Shown: in pieces, positions 8,901-17,213 of the stretch
How positions within the stretch are numbered: the first letter of the stretch is position 1
Layout of the letters: each line of letters opens with the position of its first letter
Origin: a virus
Lineage: Duplodnaviria > Caudoviricetes
DNA: 64,000 bases
Direction: 5' to 3' (one strand)
IMG/VR virus record: IMGVR_UViG_2806310546_000001
Notes under the pieces: model-generated
Databases searched by the model: none
What the model saw: the letters and a program-made list of their open reading frames with translations, nothing else
Told to the model about the DNA's origin: nothing
Translations under genes and position numbers: made by a program

Positions 8901-10133
8901 TTGGCGCAGGACGACGCTATGGGCGCGGTGGAGCGGCTGCTGCGGTCCGCTGAGGTGGCGGGGCACGACCGGCAGGATCTGCTGGCGGATGCTCTCGCCG
9001 GTCGGTCGTTGGCGGGGGCGCGTTCACCGGGGCAGGTGCTTCACCACCGCCTGCATCGTGACCTGCAGTTGGATTCGACGATCGGCTCGTTCCGGGACCT
9101 GATCCCTCGGCAGGTGCAGGACCATCACCGGGCGTGGTTGGAGGATCGGGCGGAGGCCGCGGATGTTCGGCGGCACGAGCTCGGCGCTGAGATCGCCCAG
9201 GATCCGCCGGTGTGGGCGTTGGAGGCGCTGGGGCCTGTCCCGGAGGATCCGCTGGAGAGGGCGGGTTGGGAGGCGAAGGCGGGGTGGGCCGGCGCGTCCC
9301 GGGAGATCTCCGGGTATGACTCGGAGACCGACCCGTTGGGTCCTGCTCCCCCTGCGGGGTTGGCGGAGAAGCACACGATCTGGCGGACCGCGCACCAGCA
9401 TCTTGGGCTGACCGATCGGGGCCCGGAGGAGGGGCTGCTGTCGGACGGGTTGTTGCGGCAGCGGGTGGCGGCGTTCGAGCGGGAGCAGAACTGGGCGCCG
9501 GCGGTTGTGCGGGAGGCTCTGGCGGCTACGTCGCGGGCTGCGGCGGATCGTCACGTGGACGGGGTTCTGCGGGAGGCGCACGGCGATGACACGGCGGTGG
9601 ATGCGGCGGCGGAGTCTCTGGTGCTGGCCGAGTCGGCGAAGGGCCTGGATGAGGCGGATCGTGCCCGGCAGGCGTGGTTTGAGCACGTCGCGGAGACGCG
9701 GGAGCACGCGCTGCGGGCTGCCGCCGAGTTGAAGGCTCGTGGTGTGGATGTGTACGACGAGTCGGGGAAGGTGACGGCGCGGGAGTGGCTGGACGCGCAC
9801 CGGGAAGCGCAGGAGGCGGACGAGCGGGGGAAGCCGATCGACCGTCTCGCCGAGGACGACGTCACCGAGGTTGTGCCGCTGGACGAGTCGCAGCCGATCG
9901 TGGAGACGGCGGTCCCGGATGTGCGGGACACGTCGGAGCGGCACCCGTCCGAGGACGTCGACGACGACACCGTGGCCGGGATGGAACGGACCCGGGAAGC
10001 GGTAGCTCGGGCGCAGGACGCTTTGGACGAGATCCGGCAGCGGGAGAGCCTGGACGAGTCCGACTACGAGCCGGACGCGGTGGAGTACGAGCCGGACGTC
10101 GACGAGCAGGACTTGGTGGACGTGTGGGACTAG
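5982..10133 (+). CDS. mobF: MOBF (TrwC/TraI-like) relaxase with RecD-like helicase domain
   Basis: YL...ESYY, GEPPGQWYGSGA..LGL, DVTLNCPKSIS, HUH motif HDTRDHDPHLHVH; helicase motifs APAGAGKT, VVVDEAGM, LVGDPQQL, GYAATVHSSQGRT, YVGMTRGR. Confidence 0.95.
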   Translation: MLSVGFGHDVHYLTASVTTGRESYYTGATEAGGEPPGQWYGSGAALLGLTGEASTEAVEAVYHRLQDPRNPKNTLGAAHKHYRTPVEIHRQLLEAEGAVTPERRQELLLQAEGQAKQAVAFTDVTLNCPKSISVLGVALERAAVEAERGGREEEAAGWRVQHKAVEEAVLAGSRAAIDYLEEVAGYGRVGKHGAGADRWQDSHQWVASLWLQHDTRDHDPHLHVHAAILNRQLCADGQWRGLDNMAIKLHRAGASAISERVIESMLAQTLGIRFETRPDGKAREIVGIDQDVMEMFSSRRRAIGPKVDELVKAFRERYGTEPSPLQRTHLSQQATLATRRAKSHDGESLAQRLDRWEQMTQHRLSTGLAGVADAVLSARQDAGPVATWSSEDVVQRAIAKVAVGNAAWTRSDLMRAVSDSLPGHLGLDPSEVRPLLEELTDIALAETQRLTPTPDLSLRPAEHLLADGGDVYARPGSAKFSAPGQIPAEELLREAAVERGAMAVSTAEADALIQRYRDHGVDLGADQEAALRGVLTSGAMVEAINAPAGAGKTVVTGALAQVWAEHGRAVLGLAPSQVAADVMADEGVPAVNIDRWLHSADAGLRHGDVVVVDEAGMASTQHLVAVRERCREAGAKMLLVGDPQQLGAVGPGGALQDMTERAKTYELAEVRRFSQPWERHASLGLRDGSAACLDEYDRHGRIRGSGTQDQAEASAIRAWLADTLEGKQSLLMAGSNEASERMAGAARAELVRLGKLPEEGVRLGRDGNTCGVGDLVQARRNGWHLASSSGVPINRATYRVQEVEEDGSLVVSPVLGDKLGDPVKLPADYVNQHVSLGYAATVHSSQGRTVHSTHSVVSQAWSTALTYVGMTRGRESNTAWVVTRPTPTDSPAGQAQEVHDRPARAVLAEILERDSVQRSALAERDSLEAEARSEFTVVGQLIDGVSRSTAGQTSTLLDHLTASGAITEEQRRDLAQDDAMGAVERLLRSAEVAGHDRQDLLADALAGRSLAGARSPGQVLHHRLHRDLQLDSTIGSFRDLIPRQVQDHHRAWLEDRAEAADVRRHELGAEIAQDPPVWALEALGPVPEDPLERAGWEAKAGWAGASREISGYDSETDPLGPAPPAGLAEKHTIWRTAHQHLGLTDRGPEEGLLSDGLLRQRVAAFEREQNWAPAVVREALAATSRAAADRHVDGVLREAHGDDTAVDAAAESLVLAESAKGLDEADRARQAWFEHVAETREHALRAAAELKARGVDVYDESGKVTAREWLDAHREAQEADERGKPIDRLAEDDVTEVVPLDESQPIVETAVPDVRDTSERHPSEDVDDDTVAGMERTREAVARAQDALDEIRQRESLDESDYEPDAVEYEPDVDEQDLVDVWD

Positions 10134-10564
10134 GAGAGGTCGGCGAGGGCGGCCCAGCGGGCGGCCTGTCGTCGTGCCTTGTCCTGCATGTCCCGGCGTT
10201 CTTCCGCGATGGGCGGGAGCGGGTGGTCGTCGACCATCTCCGCGTACAGCTGCTCGGCGGTGACCACGGTGCCGTCGGAGTTGCGGCGCGGGATCTCGAT
10301 GGGCGCTGCGGCGAAGCCCATCAGCCACGCCAGAACATCCGCACGGCCCGCCTTCTCCCGGTCGGTGTTGCGCTCCGGGAGGGCGTCGGTCATTTCGTCG
10401 CCGGCCGCTTCCCGGGACACGGGCCAGCCGCACGCCCAATCAGCGCCGTCCCACACCCCGCGGGTGTAGTCGTCGCGGTGGTGCTTGGTGATGGTGAGGA
10501 GGTCCCGGACCTGCTGGTGGTCGGGGGAAACCCACGTGGGGATGGAGTGGGCTCGGGTGTCCAT
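10130..10564 (-). CDS. hypothetical protein
   Basis: 144-aa ORF converging on the relaxase stop. Confidence 0.55.
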   Translation of the reverse strand: MDTRAHSIPTWVSPDHQQVRDLLTITKHHRDDYTRGVWDGADWACGWPVSREAAGDEMTDALPERNTDREKAGRADVLAWLMGFAAAPIEIPRRNSDGTVVTAEQLYAEMVDDHPLPPIAEERRDMQDKARRQAARWAALADLS

Positions 10565-10795
10565 GCGTCGAGTGTGCGGTAGCGGGGATAACGGCGTCTA
10601 GACGGCAGGAGTGGGCGGTAGAATCGTTGTGCCTGCCGGGTACGCGCGTCGGTGCTGCCACCGTCTCCGTTGAATCGGTCCGCCCCCGGAGGACGCTGGT
10701 AGCGAAAGAGACCCAAGGGGTTTCTGCGGGGCACCGCTAGCCGCCAGTGAGGAACCCCCGTTGGTTCCGGTCGGCCCCTGCCTTGAGCCACAGGC

Positions 10796-12078
10796 TCACT
10801 GGTGGGGGCCGAACTGCTCTCGCGACCACCTCTCGCGCATCCGCTCATCGGCGCAGAGCGAACCCCACTTCACCGGCCCAGCGGTGAACGCTGCCATACC
10901 GACCGCGTAGACGAGGACGGCTGCGACGTTCTGACCGTCGTAGAGGAGGACCGTGAAGACGGCCATGACGAGGACACCGAGGGCGATCGTCAGGACGAGT
11001 GCGGTGCGGGAGGTCATGACGCCTCCTGTTCCCGCGCCTGCTCGACCAGGGCGTCCAGCATCCGCATCAGAGGCTCCGCCCGCTCACGGCGGTAGCGGCG
11101 GAACTGGACGTTGCAGACGATCTCAGCCACGACGGCGTAGACGACCACGAACACGAGCGCGGCAGCGGCCATCCACGCCAAGGGGAGCAGATCAGCCCAC
11201 GTCGGCCAGATGTATCCGGTCATGGCGCCTTCCCTACCGAGTTCGGCCCGAGGTGACGGCACAGCAAGTCCACCACCTCCGACAGCATCAACGGGTCAGT
11301 GCGGCCAGAGTCAGGGCGCCACAACCCGGGAATGACGTCAGGATGTGGGAGGGCGACGAGACGGCGCTGAGGGTGCTTCTGAGATCGCCCTCTGGCGTGC
11401 TCCGTCATCCTCATCTCCTCCCCGTCTCGCCGGCGTCCTGCGTCCAGTCCACGTTTCCGCGCTCGTCGGGCCATACGGGGCGGATCCAGCCATCAGGCAA
11501 GACCAGTTTCCTGACTGCGGTGTAGCTGTCGACCATCAGAATCGCTCCATGCGATCCGCGTAGACCGTAAGACTCGGAGCCGTCACGGTTCAGATGGTTG
11601 ACCCGCATGCCCTGACGTTCGAGGTAAGCGACCGTTTCGGCTTGTGGATCGAGTTTGGGCGTTGCCGCAGCTGCGGGTCGTTGCTTGCGGCGAGGCCCGA
11701 TGCAGAACCACAAGTAGCCGAGCATGGCGGGCGCGCACAGCAGGAGCCCGACATAGAGCATCCACATCAGGTGCTCTTGGTTGGCCAGGACTGGGTAGCC
11801 GATCAGGAACACTGGCAGAGCGAACAGGGCAGCCATGGCGGCGAAGGCTGTCAGCCACCCCTTGGCGGCCTTGTTCCCGGTCTCTGTCACGACGCTCTCC
11901 TCACCCGGGGGCGGAAGTTCGCCCAATGCCACGCCCGCTGGCCGTTGTCCTTCTTGCAGCCGTCCTGGCAGCGGTAAGCGACCGGAGGGCGAGCCGAGGA
12001 CCGCACAGTCCTCCCGACCTTGTACGCCCTGCCCAGGGCGGCGCGCTCCGAGTCGAAGCGCTGCTTCCGGCACGTCAT
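10796..12078 (-). CDS. chain of small coupled ORFs, several membrane (10796-11017, 11014-11223, 11220-11414, 11411-11890, 11887-12078)
   Basis: Consecutive 4-bp overlaps; hydrophobic segments in three of them. Confidence 0.5.
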
Positions 12079-12224
12079 GCCGCTGCCCTTTCCTGTGCGA
12101 GAGCTGCGTTGACGATTCTCCGCCAGAGACGACCAGATGGGGACGATGCATCGCTGATCGGGCCAGCGGTCGCGTTATGGCGCTTTCCCGGCCGGGATGG
12201 AGGGCGGGCGGTGGGCGGCCGTCA

Positions 12225-12668
12225 TCACGGCTCGGCCGGCACTGGCGGGTCCAGCGCGTCAGCCTGCCGACGCAGATTCTCCGCCTCTCGTCGAAGTGCC
12301 AGAGCCCGCTCCTGGTCCATCGTCCGACCGCCGTGCGGGCTGACGCGTTCGGTTTCATCGACGGCACCGGCTCGGTCCAAGATTGCGCACACCTCGGAGA
12401 TGCTGCGGGGCTTCTCCTGGCGCAACGCGTCGAAGAACTCGGGCATCTGGTTCAGGACGTCCCATGAGTCTCCGAAGATGCGGAGCTGCAGAGCCGATGA
12501 CCCGCCATCGAAACGACGACACACAACGCTGAACTCCCAGACCGCTCCGCCGCCGTCGTAGGAGGCAGAGACCATCACGGAGTCATCCTGGCCGTTGTGC
12601 GTGACGCTTGCGTGCCAGGCCTCTTGGGGCAGGAAGTACGTCAGGGCAGAACCCTCAGGCAGGTTCAT
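12225..12668 (-). CDS. hypothetical phage protein
   Basis: MNLPEGS start overlaps the upstream stop and has a GAGGAG SD. Confidence 0.55.
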   Translation of the reverse strand: MNLPEGSALTYFLPQEAWHASVTHNGQDDSVMVSASYDGGGAVWEFSVVCRRFDGGSSALQLRIFGDSWDVLNQMPEFFDALRQEKPRSISEVCAILDRAGAVDETERVSPHGGRTMDQERALALRREAENLRRQADALDPPVPAEP

Positions 12669-12859
12669 GATGTCTCCTCGGTAGGGGTCGCACGACGCCA
12701 GCCTTGTCCCGGCCGCCGCAGGTTCTCCACCTCGGACCGGAGGTAGCCCCGTCGTTCGGTGATTCCGTAGCGACGGAGTGTGGATCGGACGGACTCGGGC
12801 TGGATGCCGAGATGTTCGGCGACCTCTTCCCGGGTCATGACTGGCTCTTTGTCTGGCAC
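12665..12859 (-). CDS. small HTH DNA-binding protein (excisionase/MerR-like)
   Basis: MTREEVAEHLGIQPESVRSTLRR. Confidence 0.65.
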   Translation of the reverse strand: MPDKEPVMTREEVAEHLGIQPESVRSTLRRYGITERRGYLRSEVENLRRPGQGWRRATPTEETS

Positions 12860-12943
12860 CCACCCAGCTTACTCCGCCAGGGGAGCAACGTCCATCGGGT
12901 CACGACGCGAACAGATGGTCACGAGCGACAGCGGTGTGGACGA

Positions 12944-13195
12944 TCACGCGGTCGCCACCACCGGCAGAGGCTCATCGGACAACACTGCGATGGGGTCCAC
13001 TCCCAGCGCTTCACACATGACGTTGAGATCGTCCACAGTCAGGTAGCCACGTCGACCGCTTTCCATGTTGGCAATGACCGACCGGGACATACCGCAGAGG
13101 CGTGCCAGGTCATCGGCCGATAGGCCGCGGATGCGGCGGACGTGCTTCAACCGAGCGATGGCATCGGCGCTACCTAGTGTCCCCGTCTTCGTCAA
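12944..13195 (-). CDS. XRE-family HTH regulator
   Basis: LKHVRRIRGLSADDLARLCGMSRSVIANMESGRR...EALGV; TTG start overlaps the initiator stop. Confidence 0.85.
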   Translation of the reverse strand: MTKTGTLGSADAIARLKHVRRIRGLSADDLARLCGMSRSVIANMESGRRGYLTVDDLNVMCEALGVDPIAVLSDEPLPVVATA

Positions 13196-13962
13196 GACGC
13201 CCTTCTCTCTGCTCGTGTCCCGAGCCAGCCGTTGGGGTGGTCGGTGCCAGCCTCTCGGACCCACTTCTGTGCCCGGTCGGCTAGTTGGCGCGGAGTCAGG
13301 TTGTCGCACCTGTGACCGAGGGTGTAGCCCATCGCGTCCTTAGCCTTGTCGCCCACTTCGAGACCTGCGGCTTCCATAGTGGCAACAGCGGCCGAGACGA
13401 GGTACTGCACTACGGCGCCTCGGTCGTCCGACTCCGGTAGCCATCGCGGTACGAAGATCTTTCTATCCGTCGTTGAGCCTGCGAAATGACGGCCGCTCAC
13501 AGCGTTACTAGAAGTACTGGTCTTGATAGAAGATGGTCTCGTTCGCTGGTCTTGTTCGTGTGCATCACCTGCACCGTCCCCATGCATGTCATGCACGGTC
13601 CCCCCGTGCACCTCCTGCACTCTTGCTGGTTCGTAGCCACGACCCATGTCGCGCAGGTGATAAAGGTTCGACGTCTGCCGGTTCGACTCCTCGTCGCGCT
13701 GATGCTCGATCTTCCAGACTCCCGCGTCGGCCCCCGCCTTGATCGCGGACGCGACGGTGCGGACGGAGAGGCCGGTGTCGCGGGCCAGCGTGGCGCGGGA
13801 TGGCCAGACGGAACGGGTCTTGCTGGCGTACGTCGTGAGGGCGACGTAGACCAGCTTGACGTGGGGGTGGAGCGTCGGGTCGCGGAAGACGGCGGTCTCG
13901 ACCATGCCGAACGCCACCCCTCCTGACGGATGCTCTACGACGGGGGCATTGCTAGAATCCAC
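13192..13962 (-). CDS. phage-type replication initiator (HTH_36 winged helix)
   Basis: KLVYVAL...WPSRATLARDTGLSVRTV..AI...SNLYHL followed by an internal repeat region; GTG at 13962. Confidence 0.75.
   Translation of the reverse strand: MDSSNAPVVEHPSGGVAFGMVETAVFRDPTLHPHVKLVYVALTTYASKTRSVWPSRATLARDTGLSVRTVASAIKAGADAGVWKIEHQRDEESNRQTSNLYHLRDMGRGYEPARVQEVHGGTVHDMHGDGAGDAHEQDQRTRPSSIKTSTSSNAVSGRHFAGSTTDRKIFVPRWLPESDDRGAVVQYLVSAAVATMEAAGLEVGDKAKDAMGYTLGHRCDNLTPRQLADRAQKWVREAGTDHPNGWLGTRAERRAS
13500..13620. repeat. iteron-like repeats / candidate replication origin inside initiator gene
   Basis: TGCA-N5-TGCAC at 13561, 13583 and 13607, next to an AT-richer tract with TGGTCT repeats. Confidence 0.6.
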
Positions 13963-14063
13963 TTGTCGACCTCGACTCGACCGCGCCCCGGGCCTGCTAC
14001 CAACAGGTAGTCCGGGGCATCTCTTATTGGGGAGCGCAGCACCGTTGCCGCTACCCCGGATAC

Positions 14064-14148
14064 TACCGCTTAACCGCCCGGAGATCGAACCGTTCAGCAA
14101 GGCAAACGCGCAGGTCGGCGCACCATTCGATGGTAGAATCGGGGCATG
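14064..14148. promoter_or_regulatory. divergent promoter element, copy A
   Basis: Leftward -10 TAGTAT, rightward -10 TAGAAT 6 nt before ATG 14146; 57/85 gapless identity (manual count) with 24678-24762. Confidence 0.7.
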
Positions 14149-15991
14149 GATGAGCGGCCCACGACAATCGTCGTACTTGGCTCCGGGCACGGGCCAGAAC
14201 GGGTCCGAGCGGAGGCTAGACTCACCAATTGCGACCGACTCCAACTGGTCATGGTCATTGACGATCCGACAGTCGCAACAGCCTCCGATGCCGAAGCCCT
14301 CGCCACTCAGGAACTGAACCGACGCCAGGAGACCGGGATCCGATGAGCGCATCCGAGATTAGCGACAGCATGGTCGTCTACGCCGCAGACAAGCGGCGAG
14401 CCAGCCCGGACCTGCTCGTGGACCTGTGGCTAGCTGAACGCGCTGGCGTACCGCGCAGCGCGGTCGCTGAGGCGGTCGAGCGGGCAGCAGAGCGAGGTTT
14501 TGTGGAGCGGGGCACTTCGGCCGGCACGTGCTGGCCGACTCCGGCCGGTCTCGCGATGCTCTCGTCCGTCACCTCTGCGGCCCGTGAGCGTGGCGGGATC
14601 ATGACGGGGACAGTCATCGTCACTGGTTCGTCGTGACCGCTCTATGGCGGGCCTGGCTAGCGAGGACCGACCGGTGATCCTGGACAACTCCACCTGCCCC
14701 TGCGGCCAAGAACGGAGCAAGCGATGAGCGACACCGGATGGACCGAGCCTCACGGCGACGGCTGGAAGGTCCGAGACGAGGTCCATGCATGGCGCGTCTG
14801 GCAGACGCAGGAGATCCCGCCTCTCAACGGCATCTCAGCCCAGAGGTACTACTTGAATGACGTGATCACAGACGAGGATCAATGGACCGCGTCCGGCTAC
14901 CTCACCAAGGACAGCGACGGCATGATCGTGGACGGCACACCAGAGCCCGAGGCCAACTCGTGAAGGCCCACCTAGGCCACCTCTCCCCCGCTGACGTCGA
15001 CTCCCGTGTCTCCGCTGTACTGGCGTCCCTCTCCCCCACCGAGGACGTTCTTCGACGCGAGGTGGAGTCCGGTACCGCGTGTGTGTGCCGCCGGGATGCG
15101 TGGCGGGAGATCCGGGGGTTGCGGTGGCTGGCAGGGGAGGACGAAACGTGAACGGCACCGCGAGGCGACTCGACCCGAGCGACGACGGGACAGTGATGGT
15201 CGTCGGCCCCACACCGTCCGTGGAGCGCGCGGTCCTGTGCGGGCAGAAGGTGTTGGAGTACCTGCACTGGGCCCGCCGCGACTTCAGACGGGTCTGCATC
15301 CTCCCGGTCGATGAGCGCGTCCCCGTCTGTCCCGAGCATGGACCGCGAACCGCAGTAGAGATGCCAGGAGGAGCAGTGACCGACAGCGACGCCCCGACGT
15401 ACAGCCGAAAGGGCCGGACGGTGCCGCCACCGGTCCACGCTCCGTTCACGCCCGAGCAGCAGGCCGCCCTGAACCGCTACCAGCTTGCCGGGGTGATGCA
15501 CCCGTTCACGTGCCCGCATTGCGACGGGTCCCCGTCCCTGCTCGCGTTCGCCGAGTGGCGGTGCCCGTGGTGTCCCTACACGCAGCACTGGGCACACGAG
15601 TTCATGGCGACCGATAAGGCCGTTGAGCCGTCGTGGCGCCGCTCGTCTTCCTCCTGACGCCCTTGCCCACCACCCCGCCTACGCTCCCTCGGTGGCCAAC
15701 GAGAGTCCCCAGCAGCGCCGTTCCCGCCAACTCCGGGAGGACCGCGACAGGTGCCGGGAGGCAGCGCAACGGTTCCGTCACCGCATCGCGCAGGGCCGCT
15801 ACCGCAGCCTCCCGGACTCGGACGGCGACGACCTCCTCTATTTGGCCGCCGTCCTCGACTCGGCCGGTACGAGCCTGTCGGAGCTCCCCGACCAGATGTA
15901 CCGGGACGTCCTGCACGCTGTGCGCCGGCTATTGGACGACGGCCCGAAACGCGGCGACGTGGACCCGATCACCCGCGGGGACGGGCACTAG
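14146..15991 (+). CDS. cluster of small phage-like hypothetical ORFs (14146-14346, 14343-14636, 14724-14963, 14960-15151, about 15376-15657, about 15623-15991)
   Basis: Co-oriented short ORFs, several with 4-bp overlaps; some starts uncertain. Confidence 0.45.
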
Positions 15992-16320
15992 GTCTGTTCG
16001 GTGACCCCTTCGGGCTGCAGCACGATCCTCGCCCCGTCGGCGGTCTCGTGGCCGGGGTCGCGCACCACTTCCCCGTCGACGCGCACGTAGCCGCCTTTGA
16101 GGTGCTGGCGCGCGCGCTCGTCGGACAGGCCGATCGACCCGGTCAGGCGTTCGATGATCGTCACGCGGGAAGCGTAGACACACAGAAAACGGCCCCGCCC
16201 CCACCCATGTCAGGGCGAGAGCGGGGCCATTCCCACACCGGCGGACCGACCGCCTCCACACTTCTGATGATTCAACACCCGGCACCGCAACGACTGGGCG
16301 GCGCACACGACACACATGGT

Positions 16321-17064
16321 GTGACGACCTCGCCGCCCCCGGGCCACCCCCACAACCAGCCGCCGCCCCAGCAGTGGGGCCCGCCACCCAACTACCAGCA
16401 GCCCCACTACGCGCCCGCCCCACGCAACGGGCTCGGTATCGCCGCCCTCGTTCTCGGCATCTGCGGGTTCCTGTCCGGGCTGATCCCGTTCTTCTTCTGG
16501 TTCGCGCTCATCGCCGGCGTCATCGGCCTGATCCTCGGGCTGGTCGGATTCTCCCGCACCCGCAAGGGCGTCGCCACGAACAAGAAGACCAGCATTGCTG
16601 GTGTCGTCCTGTCCGTGCTGTCGGTGGCGATGGGTATCTGGGGTGCGGTGATCCTGTTCCAGGGCCTCAACCAGCTCGCCACCGACCTCGGCGCCCCCAC
16701 CAACACCGCGCCCGCCGCTGTCGCACCGGCCGGGCAGATGCAGGACGCCGACGGTTTGCAGCTCACCGCCGAACCGTTGACGGTGGAGGACTCGTACGGC
16801 ACCGAATCGCTGTGCACCGCGGTGTCCTACAACAACACCAGCAGCTCACCGAAAACGTTCAACATGTTCGACTGGCAGCTCCTCGGCCCCACCGGCGCCA
16901 CCGCCACCCCGGGGATCGGCGGCTCCGGCGACGCCCTCAACTCCGGTTCCCTCGTCCCGGGCGGCACCACGGAGGGCACGGTGTGCTTCACCGGCGCACC
17001 CGCGTCCGGGGAGTACCGGGTCATCTACTCGCCCGCGAACACGGTGTGGACGCAGACCCGCTGA
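16321..17064 (+). CDS. DUF4190/DUF4352-like membrane protein (superinfection-exclusion candidate)
   Basis: Pro/Gln-rich N-terminus, NGLGIAALVLGI TM motif, C-terminal NMFDWQL...LNSGSLVPGGTTEGTVCF; start uncertain. Confidence 0.7.
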   Translation: MTTSPPPGHPHNQPPPQQWGPPPNYQQPHYAPAPRNGLGIAALVLGICGFLSGLIPFFFWFALIAGVIGLILGLVGFSRTRKGVATNKKTSIAGVVLSVLSVAMGIWGAVILFQGLNQLATDLGAPTNTAPAAVAPAGQMQDADGLQLTAEPLTVEDSYGTESLCTAVSYNNTSSSPKTFNMFDWQLLGPTGATATPGIGGSGDALNSGSLVPGGTTEGTVCFTGAPASGEYRVIYSPANTVWTQTR

Positions 17065-17128
17065 GCCTGCGTTCTGGCCTCGGGCTGTGCGCCCGCGCGA
17101 GGTTGTCACGCACCTGCGGGCGCGCATA

Positions 17129-17180
17129 GAAAACGAGCCCCCACCACCCGACATGGGCGGTGGGGGCTCGTCTGTTGTTC
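17129..17180. terminator. probable bidirectional terminator
   Basis: ACGAGCCCCCACC...GGTGGGGGCTCGT hairpin with A and T flanks, between converging transcription units. Confidence 0.75.
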
Positions 17181-17213
17181 ACGCTGTACCTGCGGGTCCC
17201 GGCATAACACAAC

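Noticed and set aside
3304-9376. Long minus-strand ORFs opposite the coupling protein and relaxase, and similar plus-strand ORFs opposite phage genes
   Set aside because: Arg/Pro-rich shadow frames expected in high-GC DNA; no recognisable motifs
39-12890. GGGGAGCAACG at 12880 and its complement at 39-49; GACCCAAGGGG at 10710 and its complement near 59813
   Set aside because: Isolated 11-mers in 70% GC DNA with no extended alignment; could be chance; not accepted as att sites
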